Below, one piece after another: positions 53,876 through 64,000 of a stretch of DNA of 64,000 nucleotides. A program made the position numbers and the translations under genes. Numbering within the stretch: position 1 is the stretch's first letter; each line of letters starts with the position of its first letter. The notes beneath the pieces were generated by a model. That model ran no database searches and was not told the DNA's origin. It saw only the letters and a list, made by a program, of their open reading frames with translations. The DNA lies in contig OZ024743.1 in the NCBI GenBank assembly GCA_964016885.1, forward strand, positions 361,584,001 through 361,648,000, written 5' to 3'. The stretch is from Eledone cirrhosa. Lineage: Eukaryota.

Positions 53876-55011
53876 TTATTGAGAGAGAGAGAGAGATAAT
53901 TCCCGCCTTCTATTGCTAGTAGCCAACGTAAAATATTCCATGAATAGAACAGCTAATTACGTTAACTATATCGAATAACCTGCCAATTGTCTTCTATTAT
54001 TATCGAACCAAAATCGAGGTTGTGAGGGAGAGAAAAATAAAGAATAAAAGAAACGAAAAAAGAACGCGTTAGGGTATTGGGTAGATGAAGGTATTAAAAA
54101 TATGGGTTATAGGCAATTATTCTTTCCTTCCCTTTTTAGAATTATCCTCCAGCCACGCTAACTTTACGCTCTATTATTCTTCTCCTTTTGTTATAAATTG
54201 CTCATATTTTGAGGCTTATCTATTATTATTGTTGCTTCCTTCCCTTCACCTAATTTCTTCTACTTCTGTTTCTTCTTCCTTTTCACTATCTTTATATTCT
54301 CCTTGTTTCGGCCTTATCTTCTTTAATTCTTTCTATTTTGTTCATGCTTTATCTTCTTTTACATTTTTCATTTCTTCCTTTTTTTTTATCCAGAGGTGAC
54401 ATCCTTTATCGGAAGGAATGAAATGTGACAAAGAAAGAAAAATAGAATGAGAGAAAGAAAGATATTACGATAGGTGAGTGTTAAACATATTTCAGATGTA
54501 TGTTAAGAATAGTAACAAAATAGAAACAGTGATATATATATATATATCCGCAATATGAAAATAAAAGAAGAAAAGCCTCTCAAAAAGGAGACGTCAGTCT
54601 CCTCACATACGTTTTGAACTATCGACTTTTCATCAAATCTTTTACCCCATGTCAACACCAGACATGTACAGAACCTACCTAAATATATTAGGAAAGAGAA
54701 CATAAAATAGACAACAAAGAATATCAGCAGTATATCCAAGTGGAATTTTGTATGATTTTGAACCAAATGTTTAATCGAACACTGGTAGCCCGATCGGTTA
54801 TTAGTGGTTGTCATCGACCACTTTGAAGATAGCTGCTCTATGTTGTCATTCAGCCATCTAAAAATTGCCGTCATGTCTCCATTAAATCAGACCCTCATAG
54901 ATAAAAGGAATGTTGCAATTGCTTATACCACCCTAAACGTCGAATTGACCGTATTGAAATAACAAATCTACATGATATCACAATTTAACAATATCTTAAA
55001 CGAATGCTATA

Positions 55012-55635
55012 TTTCTTCTTCTTCTTCTTCTTCTTCTTCTTCTTCTTCTTCTTCTTCTTCTTCTTCTTCTTCTTCTTCTTCTTCTTCTTCTTCTTCTTCT
55101 TCTTCTTCTTCTTCTTCTTCTTCTTCTTCTTCTTCTTCTTCTTCTTTTCTTCACCCACTTATTCCTGAGAAGGTCGTGGGGTCAGAGTCCTCAAACACTC
55201 CCTCCAATGGGTCCTGTCAGAAGCAACCGTCTCCAACTGATCAGGATGGATCCTCAATCGTGATCAACCAAGCTAATGGATTATCCAATCATCTCGCTGG
55301 GTGTCTACACCTGGTTTTCCTACCTGTTGGTTTCACCCGTAATCTTTGAGTAGCGATTCTTTCCTGGCACATTCTAACCACATGCTCATCATTCAGTTAG
55401 GAGAAGTCGTGGCTCTACTTAGAGTGACTCTCTGAACTACAAGCTACGCACTCTATCGAGTAACGTTACTCCAAAGACCCTTCCGAGGAACCCCATTTCG
55501 GTCGCTTACATTCGCGATCGTATTGTTTTGGCGATTACCAAGATTCATGACCATAGGTAATGGTTGGCACGAAAACCGAATTGAAGACATCAAGTTTGGC
55601 TTTTACTCCTACCTCCCTTCTGATTACTGAATACC
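55012..55635 (-). mobile_element. RTE LINE 3' fragment with (GAA)n tail of about 45 units
   Basis: Collinear with 40234-40740; (TTC)n at 55012-55151. Confidence 0.9.
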
Positions 55636-55974
55636 ATATTTCATTGCGTAATATTACGATGTGATATGAGCCTATATGAAATAAATGGTGCATTTAACAC
55701 GATATGTCTAAATAAAAGACAGAATTGCCTTCGATTTTAGGTCTGCTCCATGTGTATTGGACCTGAGCTAATCAACAGCAGTTTTTCTTGTAGAAAGCGT
55801 GATATTTATTTCTTCGCAGTGTATTTCTACTATGTTTACATGTTATTTTTTCAGTACTTCAGTACAGATTCGATAGTTTCTTAAATAACATTTGTTCTTG
55901 CATGTTCGTATTATTTTTATTATACTTATATTTTTTGTTATCTCAATGACAAAATCTATTAGAATAACATGGAA

Positions 55975-56480
55975 TAACAACAACAGCAGCATTAATATGA
56001 ACACTATCCTTAACATGATGATCATCATCATCGTTGTTTTCGACGTGGTGAACACGATCATATATATCTATACCACTATCAAGGACATCATCACAATCGC
56101 CATCAGGATTACCATCATCATTCTCGTCATCATGATTATCATCATCATCAATACTGATACCAGTACTACTCTCATCATCGACAATGACATCATCACCCCA
56201 TCACTGTAATCATCATCATCATCATCTTTTTCATCATCACCCCCATCACTCTCAGCAGCATCAACAGCTTTAGTATCATCGTCATTTTCCTCATCGTCAT
56301 CCTTATCGTCATCATTACTCCCACTGTAACCACAACTATCAACACCAACACCACCATTGCCAACACCATCAACACGATCATCGTCATCATCATCACCATC
56401 ATTATCACCATCCCCCTCATCATCATCATCATCATCATCATCATCAACAGCAACATCACTATTATCATCACTATTATCGT
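55975..56480. repeat. (CAT)n low-complexity tract
   Basis: Direct reading. Confidence 0.9.
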
Positions 56481-56672
56481 ATATTGTTAGTAACATAGCT
56501 CATCATTGTAAGAACCAACACCATTTCTGTCACAAGTGTCATTACCATTTTCATGTCAACCATGAGAAGAATGGTCAACGTAATCTTCTCCCCTCTTCAC
56601 TCCCTCTTCTACCTCATTTTTTTCTTTTCAATAAGAACACCACAAAAATATGCTCTAACTTTCACTGCTCAA

Positions 56673-56788
<116 letters not shown>

Positions 56789-56810
56789 ATATATATATAT
56801 ATATATATAT

Positions 56811-57509
56811 ATAATCAGGAAGTGTAAACTAAACACAGAAAATATCCTAAAAAATATATAAAAAATATAGATTCCAAAAAATTCACTGTACTTACTATAT
56901 GTGCCCTTACCGTGGTTTCAGATCCCAAACAAATACATAATACAAGCCGATATCCATTGAGAAAGAGATCCTCGTCAGAAGGCTTTTCTCTCTCGGAGAA
57001 TATAAAATTCCCGAGTTCAAATTACAAACTGGCGCCATACAAAACTGCCTCAAAATGAGAATGAATGCTAATTTTAGCAGCACGGGAGTGACCTGTCCAC
57101 CTTGCTTTCTATCTTTGCACACGGTACTAGACAAAATTGTTTCATCATTCATTTATTCTCATTCTGAGGCAGTTTTGTATGGCGCCAGTTTGTAATTTGA
57201 ACTCGGGAATTTTATATTCTCCGAGAGAGAAAAGCCATCTGACGATGATCTCTTTCTCAATGGAAATCCGGATGGATTATCTATTTGTTTGGGATCTGAA
57301 ACCGCGCTAATGGCATATATAGTAAGTACAGTGAATTTTTTGGAATCTATATTTTTTATATATTTTTTAGGATATTTTCTGTGTTTACACTCCCTGATTT
57401 TATATGTTCTGGCTTGTTAATTTATTAACTTGCTATTGAACCACACTAGCATACGGTCGGACTATACTTATGTCCCTATGTGTATTAGTTAGATGTAGGA
57501 ACATATACC

Positions 57510-57512
<3 letters not shown>
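56811..57512. repeat. Fold-back cassette: arms about 56811-57067 and 57145-57400, spacer about 77 bp, tail to 57512, inside (TA)n
   Basis: Arms of about 255 bp with scattered substitutions. Confidence 0.92.
56903..56983 (-). ncRNA. Type I hammerhead with enlarged stem II (mirror copy on the plus strand at 57234-57314)
   Basis: gcctt CTGACGA ggatctc..gggatct GAAA ccacgg TA agggc; the plus copy has stem I gccat/atggc. Confidence 0.82.
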
Positions 57513-57571
<59 letters not shown>

Positions 57572-57575
<4 letters not shown>

Positions 57576-58290
57576 AGATTTGAATGGATACAGTTTAGTT
57601 GAAAGGAATTTATTGACACGTGTTTCTATAACAGTTACATAACCTAAAACAGCTATCTACAAACTTTTAGTTATGCAGACATTCAATATTTCAATGTTAT
57701 TATTTACTGTCATTTCATCAGAATAATATTACTGAGGACCTATTTAGTTTTTATAGAGAATATTAGGAGGGAGGGGTGAAGTTGTTAGAAGAATAGTTGA
57801 AGGAGTGGTTTTTCGATAGCAGTGAGAATTCTTGGTGGCAGTGAGTAATTAGATTCCCATCTGTTGTTTTGACATTTTTTATAGAATATATTATTGGTTA
57901 TTTTTCTAAATCTATAGAAGGATTAGAGATAGTAAAGATATGCGTGGTTGGTTTTGTGTTTGCACTTAACATTCAGACTTAAATTTTTCTTTCAAGTGTA
58001 CGTATTCTTTCACCCACGCATTCACACACAAATATATTTGCACACCTCTACAAAATACATATACTCACAATTCACATATTCATACTTACATATATATACA
58101 CATGCATACACATATATATACACACATGTATTCATGTACATACATACGCGCTCATGTGTATACATTTTCATACTCAACTTATCTTTATATATACACACGT
58201 ATAGACACACACATATATACATACACACTCTAGTCTATGTGTACACACATACACATACATACACATCCATATACACATACATACATACAC

Positions 58291-58353
<63 letters not shown>

Positions 58354-59085
58354 CACACATACATATATACACATATATACATATACACACACACACACAT
58401 ATATATATAAGCACTTTAATACATGAATACACTTACATCTAACTATACACATCAAACATATATATATATTTACTTATTTATATACATTTTCACATATATA
58501 TACATACTTATGGACGTTTTTAGACACATTTATTATCGCATATTTGTACCTATTCTCATCAGCATATCTTTTCATTATTAGTATGGTAATTTAAGGTTAT
58601 TAATATATGTTGAGAAGAGATTGTTTTTATATTTTTCTAACTAGATTAAGGTTTATATAGTTGGGGGATGTCCCTCTTTTATGTAATATTCTGCTTGTAG
58701 TGGGAAAAAAGGGTTTTAGTTCTGTGACGGCAGAATAATGTTCGTTCAATTCTGTTATTCAGCAGTTTCTTCTTGTGTGTGATTATGTAATAAATCTCAA
58801 GATTACACAATTTGCAGAAATTTTGGCTCCTGGAAAAGCTTTGGGTTTTAGCTAATTTTTCCCATTTTAGGGTAAACTTTTGATTGCTATCCCTGAGCGT
58901 CCAAGCTTTTTCTGCTAAAGTTGTTCACGTGTCAATAAATTCCTTTCAACTAAACTGTATCCATTCAAATCTTTCTATTTTTCTCCGGATTACTTTTGGA
59001 ACTACAACTGGAACCGTCGAGCAAACTCTACGTGAGCTGATAATCTACTGTGTGTAATATTTATATTACAACACAACGGAAAATA

Positions 59086-59088
<3 letters not shown>
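57572..59088. mobile_element. Asymmetric PLE-like fold-back: long minus-strand 3' region, 53-bp terminal inverted repeat (57571-57622 / 58926-58978), tail to 59088, inside (TA)n
   Basis: tagaaagatttgaatggatacagtttagttgaaaggaatttattgacacgtg is inverted at 58926-58978; the tail is homologous to 48129-48226. Confidence 0.75.
57610..57726 (-). ncRNA. Hammerhead motif with 88-nt stem II domain
   Basis: ttatt CTGATGA a atgacagt..actgttat a GAAAC acgt GTC aataa. Confidence 0.82.
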
Positions 59089-59151
<63 letters not shown>

Positions 59152-59189
59152 TCGTATATATATATTTATATGTGTGTGTGTATGTGTAT

Positions 59190-60772
59190 CCCTGCGGAAA
59201 GCAGCATTGGCTTATGCCGACGATGTGACCGTAATGGTGCCGAAAACCTTGGAAATTGGGGTGATCGGCAAATTATTTCAGGAATACGAAACATTGACGG
59301 GCGCAGAACTAAACGCTAACAAGTCTGTTGGTTTGCAACTCGGCACATGGAGAGGCAAACCGTCCGACAGCCTCGTTGCACGCTGGATGGAAGAACCAGA
59401 GAAATTGCTCGAGGTCTGGTTCGGTCCAGACCTCCAGGTGGATAAAAACTGGAACGAGGTTACGACGAAGCCATTTGCACTCACCCAGAAGTGAGATGAG
59501 TGCAAATTCTCCTTAAAAGGTCGAGCTGAGATGGCAAACACTTACATAGCGTCCGTCATCTACTACCGCTTGACGGTTGTGACTTGTCTCCGTGATCACT
59601 TCGCCAAAATGGAACGTCTACTCTTCAAGCTACCAACAAATTTATAACGGTGGGCTGGGCATGCCTTGGTTGATAATGCGCAAACACACGCGCTGAGGCT
59701 ACACCATCTCCATGTGTTCCTGACCGGTAAACCAGTGTGGTCGTCGTTCGTGAGAGAAGCTGTTCCACAGCTCATCTCGCTAACGGAGCTGCAGTCCTGG
59801 GTCAAGCGGAGACCGAAAATGGTCGCCTGGTAATATTAGTGCACTCATGCGCTCCAGTCATCTTCCGAGCGGAAAGGGCAATCAGCGGAAAATTCACGTT
59901 AACATTCTATTTGGGATTAGTGGAGGATGAGTGCGACGACGTTCACGGGGAAACTCTAAGCATGGAAGAGGACGAACTGGCCAGTCATTTCGGGAGGACT
60001 TTCCGTCCAGAGTCTGTAGATAACTTCCAGACATCTCTGGTCTGACAGTGCTACCGAGAATCCCTATCAGTTGGAGACAAAATCTACAAGCATAGATGCC
60101 CTGGCAGGGATTCTGCCAAAAGGACCTGTCCGAGATGCGAGCAGGACATTGAAACCGTTCTGCACGCAATTGTTCAGTGCTTAGGGATGGCCGATCTGTG
60201 GAATTATGTCGAATAACTACAGTGAAGTGTGGGACAAATCCAGTTGTCAGCCGAAACCATCGTGGGAATCACCCTGTGGCCTTCATTTAACAATGAAGGA
60301 GATGCGGTTTTGTTCTGTCTGGTGGCTATGGCAAAAGAGGTAATATGGTCGACGAAGTTGAAAGTACTGAGGGCAAATACCTTTCTCTCGGGACAACTCA
60401 TCCCTTATTTAAATACCACTTCAGAAGGAAGGTGAGAGTGAAGAGAGAGGTGCTTCATCCCAGTAAATTCGCTGAAAGGTGGATGAATGTAGTGAAAATG
60501 GCCCGAGTGAATGGGTCTTCTCTATATATAAATTTGTAGGCTGAAGAAGACAGAAGAAGGAAGACAGGAACACATTCAAAACGTACTCCTGGTGTTGAGG
60601 GTTGTTCTATCTGCGCAGTGTAAAACAACCCGCAGTAACGTCGATTGTCATTTTATTATAATATATAGTTTATATTAATTTATTAATGTTAAAGTTTACA
60701 TAATTTTAATGTAAAACCTCCGCTGTCATGTAATATCACATTTCTGTGCACCCTTGTGGCAAAGAAAGAAAC
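59190..60772 (+). mobile_element. L1/Tx1-clade LINE 5'-truncated copy, close relative of copy 1
   Basis: AYADDVTV..GAELNANKSVGLQLGTW..FGPDLQVDKNWNEV; CPRCEQDIETVLHA; 3' UTR matches 5700-5860. Confidence 0.9.
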
Positions 60773-61676
60773 ATATCTATCTATCTCTCCCCCTCTCAGT
60801 CGCTCTTTCTTTCATATTACTCAACCACACATCTAATCTGTGTATGCATTTATCTACATATTTATAAGCGTGACCGATAAATAATTTATGCTTTCATTCA
60901 CTATCATTTTACTTTTTCCTACTGTCATTCATACCCTGTAATTTTTCTGTTTTCTTTGATAGCCGACCACATCTAAACCATCTATTTACCGTGACAGCAA
61001 CTGTACATACATAACTAGTTATTCAATATATTCACATGAACAAAATAAGAGCACTAAATAAATATAGTAGTATGAAATATATATATAAACTAATATATTC
61101 CGTAACAATGCCAAACATTAATCAGAGGATAAACTGTACAAGTTTCTAGAATATATTTTATATACGTGGAGTGTATCCCGTAGAGAATTTCAGATATAAA
61201 AATGACAAAAGTTGAATAGCTGGATACAAGTAAATTTTGAGGGTGTGTTAAAATAATGATGGTGAGGGACTTAAAATGAGCATATTGACTATTCTCCCTG
61301 AAGGAGTATTTACGAGTATAAGTAGGAAGTGATTCCTCATTGAAATGTCTACTCAAAATGCAATATAGAAACTCTTCCTCGTCATGATGTATTAACAAGA
61401 TCGGTATATAAGACTCTACATACACACACGTAGATACACACGCACACATATAATGTCTTTTTTCTGTGTGTGGTGGAGTACCAAGTTACAAGCATCTCGT
61501 GCTAACTTTGATAGGGATATGGTAGTTTGCTATTTTCCTCCCCTCTCTTTCTTTTTCGCAATAGTGTTGACGAAATGTTCAGTGGTTAAGCATCAGCTAT
61601 TTCTAGCTACCTATGTAAGTATCTATTTTCAGAAAATAAATACATAAATACAGTTATATATCTATATATCTATATA

Positions 61677-61709
<33 letters not shown>

Positions 61710-61961
61710 CGAAGGAAATGTGGTAAGGAACCAGGTGGACCATAACGCACCAAAGTACTCAATACTTAGGTAGTAGATATAATATTAGATATAATACAAT
61801 ATGTTGATTCAATACACTGGTGGTTTTTCCCTGTTTGAATGATGGCGCACTATCTCTCTCTCTAGTGAGTTATCTTTTCAACATATTGTATTATAAAGAG
61901 CTCGGGATTCCTTCTCCTTTGAGACAGGGAATAGCGTGAGTCTATGGCTCCGTTAATTTAT

Positions 61962-62054
<93 letters not shown>

Positions 62055-62055
<1 letters not shown>

Positions 62056-62407
62056 TTAAGTCGTTTGGAAGCCTCGACAATGCAAATGGGTAAATCTCCG
62101 GGTAACAAGATCCGGTGGTGGAGAGAGAGATGTAAGTGGGTGTACGTTGAGATGCGTGGTGTGTAAAGATGTGTAAATGTGTAGAAGAAAGAAGGGAAGA
62201 GTATGAAGGATAAAATAAAAATTCTTCTACACATTTACACATCTTTACACACCACGTATCTCAACGTACACCCACTTACATCTCTCTCTCCACCACCGGA
62301 TCTTGTTACCCGGAGATTTACCCATTTGCATTGTCGAGGCTTCCAAACGACTTAAAAGATATTTATTTATTATTCCACAATGCTTCAAGCAAACATCAAT
62401 ACTCTCA
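62055..62407. repeat. Fold-back cassette: 135-bp arms 62055-62189 and 62222-62356, 32-bp spacer, short tail, TA runs on both sides
   Basis: One mismatch seen between the arms; no clear hammerhead core. Confidence 0.92.
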
Positions 62408-62753
62408 TATATATATATATATAACTATTTACTCCTCCTCTCTCTACCTAACTGTCTATCTATGTGCCTATTTATCTGGTTATCTATATATTTGTCTGTC
62501 TATATTTGTTTGTCTACCAGTCTATCTGTATTTATGCCTATCTACCCATCCATTTACCTATCAATCCACCTATCTACCAAACTATTATATACCTACCAAA
62601 CTGTCTATATATCATTCTTACCTGTCTACCTATATATATATATATATAAGCAAAGAGATATTTAAATTGCTGGTAATTCAACAAATTTATTTATAACAGA
62701 TTCGAAGCACTCCACAAGTTTCCTAGAGTATAGATATTAATAAATGGAAACTG

Positions 62754-63043
62754 TATTTATAAAACCATATTTGTTTTATTATATATATTTCAAGGGTACC
62801 AAATTTTGGTACGCTCTCATCAGATAAAATACAAAATTTGTTTTATAAATATTACCAGCTTGAATAATCAGTTGTACTAATCTTTATATCAGTTCCAAAC
62901 GGAACCTGAACCAATAATGTCTGGTTTATCGGGTATGTCACTATTTATAAAACAAATTTTGTATTTTATCTGATGAGTGCGTACCAAAGTTTTTTGGTAC
63001 CCTTGAAATATAAATAATAAAATAAATATGGTTGCATAAATAT
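62754..63043. repeat. Inverted repeat with arms of about 100 bp and two opposed hammerheads (minus 62774-62829, plus 62964-63022)
   Basis: ttttat CTGATGA gagc gtaccaaa atttggtac cctt GAAA tatata TA ataaaa. Confidence 0.88.
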
Positions 63044-63140
63044 AGTTTCGCTTTATTAATATCATTGATGTATATATATAAACAAATGTAAGTATGTATG
63101 TATACGTACATACATATATGTATACAGACGTACAGTAGCA

Positions 63141-63196
<56 letters not shown>

Positions 63197-63345
63197 CAGG
63201 TACACATATATATATGTACGTATCAGTTTAGCGAACGTTTATTATAAGGCCCGCTTTGTCCATTTGTAAACAAGCGAACAGCCTGATTTATGCCATACGG
63301 TGTTAAGGCAACGACGTCACCTTTTTGTTCAACATTGACACAGGA

Positions 63346-63388
63346 ACGATGTACTAGTTTCAAGCTTGTTAGCTATCATCAGCACCGT
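63346..63388 (-). ncRNA. Minimal type I hammerhead ribozyme, unit 1
   Basis: acggtg CTGATGA t agc taacaa gct t GAAA ctag TA catcgt; palindromic stem III ACTAGT; site GUA. Confidence 0.85.
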
Positions 63389-63619
63389 AAACCCTTCTGC
63401 CAGATAGTTGAACGTTCGAAAGTATATACTTTCCTTATGAAAATTAACGGCTGAGCAGCCTAATTTGAATATCGAGTGAGTTCAGTCGGCCATGCGTACC
63501 GAAAACGATAAGTTGTAATATAATGAAACGAAATTTCATTTCTCACTCTTAGTACGGCACTTACTTAAATGTATGTATGTATACGTACATACATATATGT
63601 ATACAGACGTACAGTAGCA

Positions 63620-63675
<56 letters not shown>

Positions 63676-63824
63676 CAGGTACACATATATATGTGTACGT
63701 ATCAGTTTAGCGAACGTTTATTATAACGCCCGCTTTGTCCGTTTGTAAACAAGCGAACGGCCTGATTTATGCCATACGGTGTAAAGGCTACCACGTCACC
63801 TTTTTGTTCAACACTGAGACAGGA

Positions 63825-63867
63825 ACGATGTACTAGTTTCAAGCTTGTTAGCTATCATCAGCACCGT
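63825..63867 (-). ncRNA. Minimal type I hammerhead ribozyme, unit 2
   Basis: Identical motif 479 bp from unit 1. Confidence 0.85.
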
Positions 63868-64000
63868 ATACCCTTCTGCCAGATAGTTGAACGTTCGAAA
63901 GTATATACTTTCCTTATGAAAATTAACGGCTGAGCAGCCTAATTTGCATATATATATATATATATGCATGCTACTGTACGTCTGTATACATATATGTATG

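Larger units (their letters stand above)
63087..64000 (-). repeat. Tandem 479-bp unit (about 1.8 copies), then an inverted restart at about 63964 that runs off the window
   Basis: 63090-63467 matches 63574-63946; 63964-64000 is the reverse complement of the unit start. Confidence 0.93.

Noticed and set aside
54720-54900. Possible PLE endonuclease C-terminus (also 34830-35040)
   Set aside because: No diagnostic GIY-YIG residues could be read with confidence

Overview
AT-rich, repeat-dominated eukaryotic DNA. The microsatellite load and SINE types resemble an octopod cephalopod genome (inference). I found no host protein-coding exon, rRNA, genuine tRNA or CRISPR array that I can support. Most ORFs in the track are microsatellite read-throughs or decayed transposon frames. 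Recognisable content: four decayed L1/Tx1-type LINE copies (two joined head-to-tail at 5.7-13.4 kb), a near-complete frameshifted Helitron (23.8-29.1 kb), several RTE-type LINE fragments with (GAA)n tails, a CRE-like restriction-endonuclease LINE fragment, three Penelope-like (PLE) GIY-YIG 3' fragments and tRNA-derived SINEs. The most striking signal is non-coding. About 20 type I hammerhead ribozyme motifs from more than a dozen different sequence families occur in the window. Many sit in fold-back cassettes with a recurring layout, (TA)n - arm - inverted arm - unique tail - (TA)n. One subgroup has a 50-110 nt insertion in stem II and a shared tail motif, and there is a 479-bp tandem hammerhead repeat at the right end. 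All structures were read by eye, so boundaries are approximate.
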